Shown here in pieces: positions 53,811 to 64,000 of a stretch of DNA of 64,000 nucleotides. Both the position numbers and the translations under genes were made by a program. The stretch's first letter is position 1. The number at the start of each line of letters is the position of its first letter. The notes under the pieces were generated by a model. It was not told the origin of the DNA and did no database searches. It saw nothing but the letters and a program-made list of their open reading frames with translations. Origin of the DNA: Lama glama (lineage: Eukaryota); contig CM052816.1 of assembly GCA_028534125.1 (NCBI GenBank), positions 50,346,001 through 50,410,000 on the forward strand, in the 5' to 3' direction.

Positions 53811-54053
53811 AAACCATAGTGTGAGAAATATTTTATATTGCCAGAAATATTTGATATGAGCAATAAGTATTATTAACAAAGTGTGTGTGTCCTTACAAAA
53901 GACCAAACTGCAATTCATTTTTTCTTAATTTTTAAAGTTTGTAATTGTTTTTATTATGTAAGTTTCAGGTGTACAGCACTACAACATCTGTAAATTGAGA
54001 TTTATTTAGGTAAATCTGAAGAACTTTCAGGCTATCTTCTACAGCTTCTTAAT

Positions 54054-54205
54054 GTACGTTTTTGGGGGGTGGACAGGTATATATATATTTTTAATTTTAT
54101 ATTATTTTAAATTTATTTTTAATTTTTTAATGGAGGTACTGGGCATTGAACCCAGGATCTCATGCATGCTAAGCACGCACTTAACCACTGAGCTATACCC
54201 TCCCC
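54054..54205 (-). mobile_element. Camelid tRNA-derived SINE (Vic-1 type)
   Basis: Minus strand reads ggggagggtatagctcagtggttaagtgcgtgcttagcatgcatgagatcctgggttcaatgcccagtacctcc plus an AT-rich tail. Diverged TSD ctacagcttcttaat (54039-54053) / ctatagtttcttagt (54206-54220). Confidence 0.88.
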
Positions 54206-56548
54206 CTATAGTTTCTTAGTCACACAAAAATTAAATTAAAAAAAAAGTAAGATAAATTCATGGTTTTCCAAATTCAAAATAATCCAGTTGTCACAGAACT
54301 ATCATCTGTTATGAATACAGACTTGCCAGTCTTCTATGGCTGCTTTTTGTTATTTTATTCATTTATTCAATTCACAAATGTTTATTAAGTGTTTACAATC
54401 AATAAGCCATTGTGTTTTATTTCAAAAGATATAAAATACTGAGGGGGAAAAAAATCCAAACCTTAAAATACTACCCGAAGTAAATATGAAACTTCAAAAA
54501 ACACACGCTTTCTTTCACCAAAGAAAATAACCAACCAATGTGTCTCTGTAGTTTGTCTTACTGACAGGTATAAAGATAAGCAAAAAAAGCTTGGATAAGG
54601 TCAGTTACACCATACTTCAATAAACAGTATCTCAAAGTGACCTATCTTGAGGTAGTAAATTTCTAATCTGACCAAACAAGCAAACAGTATTTTCCCTCAC
54701 CACTCATCAAATAGCCCTTTGGAAACCTGTAATCAGGTTCTACCCAGTTTTTACAATCTAATCTGAATAACTGATGACCATCTTACACGGAAGGTCAATG
54801 GTCTAACCTATTAATCGGTAATCACCAAATAAACTGATAATTAACATCGCACTAAACACTTACAAGTGTGTGTATCCATGTGCTACACTTTTCCAAAAGT
54901 TAGGCTCCTCTTCTAGCTAGCACAGCTGGAAGTCAGATTTAATGACAAATACTTACTGACACTGGGGTAACCCAAAAGGTCATCTTTGGAAATCCAATAC
55001 TTTCAATGTCAGAGGCAGGGTGGGCTACTAAAGATAAAGTACAGACTCCAGAAGTATTCACCGAGTAGAAAAAAAAAAAAGGTAAGTTGAATATATTAAA
55101 TATTGTTCTATATCTACAAAACAATCCACTTAAAAATATATTTCTAAAAAATTTAACACCAAATGAACTCAGTTCTTGAAATCTTAAGGATTCATTTACT
55201 CTTTCCCTTATTCAACAAATACTTATTGAGTGTTTTTTATGTGTCAGGCACTCTCCCAAAGACACCACCACCATGTATTGAAAAGTTTATAACTGAGTAA
55301 GACAAAAAGACACATTATTTTTGCAAGAAAGCCAGAAGTTACAATAGCAATCAAAAAAAAAAAACAAATTTGAAAGTTCCAAGGTAGGCACAGCTTTCTA
55401 CCTTTTACTATTTTTTCCAAATTAATCTGTAAAGTTTTAATTTCTCTTTTTCATTATGAAACACTAATTATAACTTGATGTGTTACTCTGTTTTTCTTCT
55501 CCTATGGGTATTTATTTTAAATTGTCAGTATCAGACAGCTCCAAAGCAGATTTCCCAAAACAGAAAATTGTAAGACTAGCTCACTCTGAGCAAACAAGAA
55601 AAGACTGGGTTTTAACGATGTTTCAGAGGGATCTCAAACAACACATCTGAATTAAAATTGTATAATCACCTTTTGGGATAGTCCCTTATATGGCCCCACA
55701 ACATCCTTAGTACACAGTTTTAATAATTTACCTAATATTTATAAAGCTCCATGAAAGCCAGGGGTGAGTTTGTCTTATTAAGACAGACTAGCATGGTCTC
55801 TAATACATAATAATTCCTCAATAACATTAGTTGATTGACTGGTATAAATTCTGAAATACTAACAGAGTTAATAATAACCTTTTAAAAATTAGTTTAAATC
55901 TATGTAAAATACTACACTATTGACTAGCTATGCCTGCTGCTGTCAGTTCAGTTACCATTAAGAAAAGAAAAATATTAGCAGGGAAAAGCAGTTTATGAAA
56001 GAGCAACATTATCCTTCCATTTATATTATTTTGTAGTTAAAAATAACAAACATTGGAAAGCAGTTTTAATGGTTAATAAGGTTTCAGAAGACAAAACTAC
56101 AATTTTTCAGCTTTTACCAGCTTTATGAAGGGGCCTCTGCCTATGACCTATGTCATGCCACGTTTGGAGCCAACATAAAGCTTTCATTGTTGTTCATGAG
56201 TCAGGTATGGACTTCTGTCAACTTAAGACATATTTTTTTCGGCATTTTCTTAATAGAGATTTAAAGCTTTTTAAAATTTTCATTCTTGTTTATGTTGGTC
56301 AACTTTTAATAAAACATAGACTTTTTACGGAGATTTAAGAGGATTTTATTGAACTAGTATAAGTGAAAAAAATTGGACAAAAGTAAATAAAACATAAAAA
56401 CTTTTTAAAGAAATGATACAGGGAAACTTTCAGTTTAGTTTTATTTTAATAATGTATCACCAGCATATTATCTGCAGTGACTCTACGTGAACTAGTTAGA
56501 ACTAGGACAAGACCACTTGTTTTAACTAGCAAGTCAAAATCAGAATAC

Positions 56549-56740
56549 GTATACACACATATATTCACTTTCATATTCTTTTTCATCAAAGGTTACTACA
56601 AGACATTGAATACAGTTCCCTGTGCTGTACAGAAGAAATCTGTTTATGTGCATGACTGGGACATTATGCTGTGCACCAGAAATTGACACACTATAACTGA
56701 TTATACTTCAATTTAAAAAAAAAGAAAGAAAAGTTAAAAA
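56549..56740 (+). mobile_element. 5'-inverted short L1 insertion
   Basis: 56549 to ~56640 is antisense L1 3'UTR; ~56641-56740 is sense with an A-rich tail. 13-bp perfect TSD aaaatcagaatac at 56536-56548 and 56741-56753. Confidence 0.88.
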
Positions 56741-57899
56741 AAAATCAGAATACAATAAATGTGGCCAAAGTAAAGCATTGCATAATTACCCGGTGAACTG
56801 GGTGGATAAGCGTCATTAATCTAGAGCAGAAACCCTTTCTCTGAATATTAACTGGGGTGAGAAGAAGAACTTGACTGAGTTTCTGCGACATGATAACTTT
56901 CCCACTTCACTTTGCTAATATTTGCTTAATCTTAGAAAAATTGAGAATAATTTTGATACATTAAGAAGTGAATCCGATTGCACTTCTTTAAACTCCTTTA
57001 CAATAAGGTAAATACCCTTATGTTATAATTTAGCTAGTTTGTAGTAATTCTATGAAAAGGCAAATTTGAAGTTAAATTTCAGAGGTGTCCCTTGAAAACT
57101 GTGGAATGTTTTTCAAAAGGGAGATTCCCAGATCTGTGGTGCCAGACATGTTGTGCCAACTAGCTTTCAAACCAAATGTGATTAAAGCAATACTTTCACT
57201 AAAACGGATTAAGAAAATTATCTGCCGAATGCTCACATAACTAAGATAATGTTTATACTGAATTAATAAAATACTTCACAAGGATTCTAAATCATCTCTG
57301 TTAATTACTGTCTCAATGACTTAGTGCAAATCACGTAACAATTCTGTGAAAATTTTTATTTTTAATCTACAAAGTCAGGTTTGGAGAAGTTAGACCAAAT
57401 AGTTATTTCCAGTGTAAAAAAAAAAATGCCCTGAGTCTACAATTTGTTATTATGCTTTTTAAAAATGATTATCTTATGTTATCCGAATTTGATACGAAAA
57501 ACTAAGTGTGTTTTTCAGACCATTTCGAAGCACTTTTAAGTTAGTTTTGGGTTGTATGTCTTGACAAATGAGAATGTTTTTCTTCAGAAATTTCATTTCC
57601 AAACATCCACATCTCCAAATATTTCACAGTGTTCATAATGCTTACAGATTTTTAACTTTTCAATAAAAATCTTGTAAATTTTTTATTTTTAAATAAATAA
57701 CTTGTATCAAACTATCATTCTATCATCTTAATATTCAAAATTAAACAAGTAAGAGCAAAAAACATTTTAAGCATTCATTTAACAAGAAGAATTCCATCTG
57801 GGAAATTTATCAGTTTATTATAAGGGTATACTCTTTGCATTAGATACTATATTTAAAAAACTTGTTTAGCAATCATTTTCAGCATGCTGCTCAGGAATG

Positions 57900-58500
57900 T
57901 GCAGTCTCAGGACAAAGCCTTCTTACGGCCATTATCCCTACAACTCGCTGATAGTCAAACTGGGAATCATTCTTGACGCCTTCCAAAACTTCATCTTACA
58001 CATACAATCAGCACCTTCTAAAAAGTTCTTAAATATGTCTAATAATTCCCTGCATCCCCATTACTTCCATAATCTCTTGTTTAGATTATTGCTATAGCTT
58101 ATAAATGGGAAAGCAGTTATAATTCTTTCCATACAAAAGAATCTAGGAGAATTCTTCAAAAAAATGCAAAGCTGATCAAGTCATGTCCTTTTCTCCTGTG
58201 CCCTGAAAACAAAGATAAAACCCCATAATGAACTTTAATGTCTCTTCCTTTTCCTGGTTTGGCTTACTTTTACAGTTCTACTGAATTTTGTTTGATGGTC
58301 CATTCTCTTTCTTTACTCCTGAATGTTTCATATGTGATCTTTTTCCAGAAATAGTGTTCCACCATCTACCACCCAACTGGCTAACTCTTACCCATCCTTG
58401 ATATCTCAGTAAAGATATTACTCTGTCAGGAAGCCTTAAAAGTGTGTAAGTGTTGATTAGATTTCCCTCCTCTGTGCCTTCTTGGTAACTTTTACTACTC
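57900..58500 (+). mobile_element. Degenerate L2 fragment
   Basis: aaactgggaatcattcttgac..., ctggctaactcttacccatccttgatatctcag...ctctgtcaggaagcctt. Confidence 0.6.
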
Positions 58501-61500
58501 CTATCACTGCAGTATAGAGGACTGGTTAAGTTCACAAAACTAAAACAATAGACAAAAATTGTTCTGGGTTTTCTTAGGGATTAGCAGATAAAGTGGGGTT
58601 AAATTTTATTGTAAAGTCAATGCTTAAGGCAAACAATCAATTGAAACTACCCTTGAAAATTCCTTAAATTGCCCATTAAGTACAAAAATATGTAACATAT
58701 ATAACTCTGTGTGGTAATATTCATGTAAAACGATTTAATGAATACCATAGCATATAGTTCCATAGAGAAATTACATTCAGAAAGAAAATTAACCAAGGTT
58801 TTCAATAATCTAAATACATTGACAATACAGAAAGATTCAACTTCCTAGTTCTTCTAGTTTAATGTCATTATCTTAGTCTTATATGAAAGATGTATCACTT
58901 CCTCTGATGTTTCCTTAGTCAGATTTCTTTATGGTTCCAAATTAATTTTTTATTGTTTTCTTTCCAAGATGAAGACATTACCACTTCACTTGCTTGGCTA
59001 TCTAGTGAATACCATTTCTTTGTCAATAGCGCTAAACCTTAAAGTTAGTCATACTTGTTCCTAGGTCTTTCACACTGGTATTTACTCTTGTCAGGTCTAA
59101 TTAAATCCACTACTGTGGACATACACTTTTTAAGTAGAATAGCAGGCAATCAGCAGAACTATTTAAATATGGAATTTTCTTCTTCATTTGTAAAATATAC
59201 ATTTATCTAGAAAATGTAGTTTAAAAAGGTTAAATTAAGTATATACATATGATGTTACTTAACTATAATTCATAAATGACTAGTCCAAATGTCAATCTCT
59301 CACGGTATTTTGTTCATGAAATGGGAAGTGGGCATATCATGGCATAGCAGGCCTCACAGTTATACATCTTACTCTCCCTGAAATTCATAAAATAAGCTTT
59401 TGCACAGATGCATTTACCATAATGTTTAGTCATAAATGAAAATGGACAAATTGTTACTATAAAGAGCTAGAAATTTTTAAGCAGTATAATTTTGTGTAAA
59501 GTGAAAAAAGAGGTAAGACTACCAATATAAGAAACCTCTTTCCAATGATGCAAATGCTGTAGGTATCCCCACATTTTTGATACTTATAATTAATCCATAA
59601 TAAACTGACATTTAGGAAAACAGTTCATCATGTTACCTACTATGTTGCAGGTGCTCAAAATACCATTGTTGACTGAAAATATCACCAAGAAAAATACTGA
59701 AGATTTTATAAATAAAATACAATCTAAAAGACAGCAACCCCCCAAAAAACAAACAAAAAAAACAAACAAAAAAAATAAAATAAAAGACAGCAACCCTTTT
59801 GTAGTTAAACATAAACTTAAACAAAAATAACAAAATAAAAATCTCATTTGTTTATCCATAAACATAACTTCTTTTTAAAAAAAAAGCCTGTAATATTCAT
59901 TATAAAGCAAACACTGAATTCAAAACCCAATCTTTTAGAGTTGGCATTTAAAATGCCCTTGTGGAAAATATTCTAACCTTGTACAAAAGAGTATATTATT
60001 TATAAATAATGGTTACCAGATATCTTAGCCAAGAAATACAGTTACACAAGGGAAGTTATCATAACACAGCTGGGAAAGTGGAGAAGCAGATAAAAAAGTC
60101 TGCATTTGTGTTGGTGTTTATGTAGATAGATAAATAGATAAATGGATCTATATCTATATAAATACATGTAGATTATATGTAAACTGGGAAATAAAAAATT
60201 ACAAATGCTGTAAATACAAGTGAGAAGTATTATGCTTAACTAAGGCCAAAGATAGAAACAAAACATAACTGGGAAGAAATTCAGACAAATAACTTGATAG
60301 AGAAAATATAGAAACATGAGGGTGAAAGAAATGGAGACCTTCAAGAATAAGTATTAACAGGCAGTAACACATTTCTGGTAGGTCACATGATTGTTGTGGA
60401 TGGCTATGCAAAGAGCTCTAAACTCACTATCTAAATGTCATTGGATTTATTCTACCAATCTGAACTACAGAGGAAAAATGTAAATTTAATAAGCTCAATC
60501 ACTTGACGAAAGCTGATGACAGTGTCTTAGAGTGGAATTAGCACAAAATGTTTGCTTAACCTTCTGGTTCAGGTGCTGATTCAATAGAAACATAAAAAAG
60601 AATACCTACTCTTTTGAGATATCATCTTTGATGCCAACTCTAATACTTAAGTAAAAATACTCTAGAATATTGTGTAAGAATGTTTTTTGAGGATGAGTAC
60701 AGATTCAGCAGAAACAGGAGTGGAAAGGGAAATGTTTTGAGTTCCATCCTGACTCACCATGACTGGTAAGAGTCAAATAATTACTCTGAAGGAGAGAGAG
60801 GGAGAGAAGATAGATCAAGGAGGAAATTTTTACTGAACCCCTGTCTAACATTAATTTGTAATTTTTTCTTCACTGATCCTACAAAATATGTTTAAATATC
60901 TCTCAAAAGTTATTTATTCTATCCATGTTTTTAGGTATTCTTTTAAAATACAGATATCACACATTTTTAAACTGGATATTTAAATAAATTGGCACATTTT
61001 AACATTCATGAAAAAAACATAGTTATTCAAAAAGTAATTTGTCTAACCTTTCCTCATTTATTTTATATTTATTAATATGTTGTTTCTATGATGACGATAA
61101 AAATGGTATTCTTAGGTCTCTGGTAACCACATGTTTCTGTTTTGTTTATGTTTTTTGACAATAAAGTATTTTAAAATCTACTAACTCTAAGTTATTACAC
61201 TAAACATAAGTCCAAAGATCAATAGGTCACTTCCTAAACTCCCTTCTTTAAGTCTATGCAGCAACAGATTAATTTCAGATTCTCTTGTTTCAGTAATTAT
61301 AATAAAGAAAACAGTGTGCCCTAATGATTTAAGCCACGAATAGTTTTTTATTACCAAAACACCTGTTGCTATTTCCAAACCTATTTTCATTAAATACAGA
61401 AGAATGTTGATTTTGTTACCCGAGGACATCAAAAGCTAAGAAAACAAACTTTCTTTAATAGAACCATTCTCAGAACACTTTTCTCAACAGAATTGATTTT

Positions 61501-61749
61501 AACATGTTGCTCCTTCTCAGGATGGGGTTCTTATAAAGTGGTTTACATTAATGTTCCAAGCTGGTGTGAGTTATCTTTGATATGTTGCTAACATATAGCC
61601 ATGTTTAACTTCTTCAAAACAGCAGTAACATTGGTATGAATACATAAAATTGACCTCAGCACAAAAAAAACGACCTCTACAAAGCTGAATTTAATTTTAT
61701 CAAAACTCATGTTAAAGGTTTTCACTTTCTCAGAAAGAAATGACTGATT

Positions 61750-62355
61750 TTTAACAATGGACAGTATTTAGTGCAGGACTATGTTTCCAGAAAAGAAAAA
61801 AAAAGGAAGAAAGAAATACAAGAGGTGAGCTCAGGACCACTTTGTCTTTCTGACTGGTGACAGATACTTTCTGGACCTCAGCACAGGGAGGTAGACAGAA
61901 CTCAGACTGCAATGATTTTCACTGAAGAGACAGAAATTAGAGTCTGATGCCACTGAAATAGCTTGAATTGGTAGGGCAAGTTACTGAAAAGAGGTAACTG
62001 CACAAAAAAAATGAGTTCCAAAAGGGTCACCTTAAATTGATGGATGAAAAATAAGCTGTACAAGCAGAGAGCAATAATTCAAGGACAGGACCAGCAGAAA
62101 ACAGCTACTGGTGAGCCAGAGCTGTGAGCTGAATAGATATTCCAACTGGTACACACACTGAGAGATGTAGAACTTTTGACCAGTAGAGTAAAATATCACA
62201 CTGAAAATGCTGAGCATTCAATGATACCCCTAAAAGGTCTGGACCCACCCTAAGAAAGCTTGAAAAAAAAAGAAAAGAAAAAGGATCCAGCTTTTCTGCC
62301 AGTAAATTAACTGCCTGTCAGAGCAAAAAGTAGCACTCTTTAAAGGAAGACAACA
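61750..62355 (+). mobile_element. Ancient L1 5'-region fragment
   Basis: gaggtgagctc...cagcacagggagg and ccagtaaattaactgcctgtcagagcaaaa...cactctttaaaggaagacaac resemble L1MD/L1ME 5' ends. Confidence 0.5.
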
Positions 62356-62520
62356 GATTCCAGTTTCCTCCCTTACTGTCTGTGTAACCTTGGCCAACTG
62401 CTTAATTTCACTGTGGATAATAACAGTACCTACTTCATTCCGTTGTTTTAAGTTAAGTATATGAATATTTGTAAAGCACCTAGCCTGGCGCATTAACGTT
62501 GTGTAAATGTTTATTATTAT
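62356..62520 (+). mobile_element. MIR SINE
   Basis: cttactgtctgtgtaaccttggccaa...ataataacagtacctacttcat...tgtaaagcacctagcctggc. Confidence 0.75.
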
Positions 62521-63469
62521 CAAGGGAACTGATTTTTGGATGGGATTGCTAAGAGAGTATGTGTAGGGAAAAGAGCCATGTGAAAAATATTTCTACTGTG
62601 GGTCTCAGTAAAAGTTGCAAACCTTATTTTAGAGCATAAGGCATTTTTGAAAGAGACAGATTTTTCTTCTGAGGTGAGAAAAAAGGATACATGACCTGGG
62701 ACTGGGAAAGCATTATTCTCTACCAGAATTGATTCACCTAAGCATTATACATGACAAAAGAAACAGGTTTGTTGTGCTTCTTAGATTTTCAAATAAATGA
62801 CATGAATGCAATGATTTAACAAATGCATTAACTTAAAAATCTTACAAGTCAAATTTTTACTTTCTTAATTAGTTTATGTATTACTGAATTTTTAACACAG
62901 TGAGTGAATCACTCTTGGAAACTCCTGTGGGACATTAACTACATATCAAATATAAAGACTGGTTTTCACACTCCTGTATTACTTATTTTGGGTTACATTA
63001 GAAGCCCTTCAAAAATAATCTTTGCTTCTTCTGACAGTGCCCTTAGCAGATAAATTTCGGAACTCTCAATAGCTCAGGGTACCAGCTCTCCCTGGAGATC
63101 CTGCCCACTTTCACAGCTTCAGCAACCATCTGCACACAAGGGCACAAGCATCTACCCTTGTGTGCCTTCCCAGTTCTGGACATAGAATTCCAACTATTCC
63201 CAAGATAATTTTTTTTTAATCTGAGGTCTCCCCAAAACAAATTCAGTATAAAAAATTTTAAATCATTAGTTTTGATTACTAGCCTTACCATCTACCTACT
63301 AAATTAAGATAGAAACCTTAAAGTCAGAATGTTCCCTTTTGTGTGGAAGAATCAAGTTCTGTCAATTCAGTCTCTAATAGCTCGCCATCTCTACCCACTT
63401 TATGTTGGAGGACAGTTTTCTCTCATTTTAATTTAATACACTTTCCATTCATCTCTGCCTTCTGGGTTT

Positions 63470-64000
63470 CCTCATTCTGGTCCCATCCTCCACACTCCAA
63501 TCAGTTTTCTTTCTAAAGTATCAGTCTAGGTGTATTACTCTCAGACTTTCCACCCAGAGCATTTCTCACCATTTCACCACACATGTTCTGAGCCAGTCAC
63601 ATACAATTTGTCACCCTTTCTTGAATTTGTCCTAGTCTTTTACTCTTCTTTTAAAAAAGCCTTTATGCCTTTGCATATGTTGTTTTCTCTGCCAGCAATG
63701 TCTTGTACTTACTCAACCTGCGCATTCTTTAGCTCTGCTCCTTACTTTTCAATACACAGTTCAGATCTCACCAGCTCTGTAAACCAACCTCTAACCTTCA
63801 CAGCACTTTCTCCATAGCATTTTAAACATTTTTAATCATTCATTCACTTACCATATACTGAGTACCTTCTAAAATTGTACACTTGTTACTTTACATTTTA
63901 ATTAATTGTTTCGATGTTTCTTTCCTCAAATAGACGACAGACTCCTAAAAGGCAGAGACCACTTCTTGTTTAACATGGCAACCCTGGAGCCAGACATCAG
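63470..64000 (+). mobile_element. L2 LINE 3' fragment
   Basis: gcctttgcatatgttgttttctctgcc and tagacgacagactcctaaaaggcagagacc. Confidence 0.6.

Noticed and set aside
54130..54205. tRNA-like sequence with A and B boxes (also ~20715-20787)
   Set aside because: Heads of tRNA-derived SINEs with AT-rich tails and TSDs, not tRNA genes.

Overview
AT-rich mammalian genomic DNA, most likely camelid (alpaca/camel), judged from two Vic-1-type tRNA-derived SINEs and camelid-type young L1 3' ends. The only protein-coding sequence I can support is one 148-bp internal exon of the NHEJ gene XRCC4 on the minus strand (47759-47906; [49 protein letters not shown]). It matches the penultimate exon of human XRCC4 and carries the DVTD caspase site and the RKRR NLS. 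The rest is the two large flanking introns, filled with Tigger1, MER82, hAT elements, L2, MIR, MLT1, old and young L1, a solo ERV LTR, microsatellites, a probable 3'UTR retrocopy and two assembly gaps. None of the supplied ORFs looks like a real gene. I found no evidence for a new multi-gene system. The best leads are altered phospho/caspase motifs in the XRCC4 exon, several L1 insertions whose junctions record their mechanism (twin priming, templated filler, tail converted to microsatellite), a candidate cryptic microexon next to a UG repeat, and candidate regulatory motifs. Repeat family names and human XRCC4 residues come from my recall of consensus sequences, not database searches, and the boundaries of old repeats are approximate.
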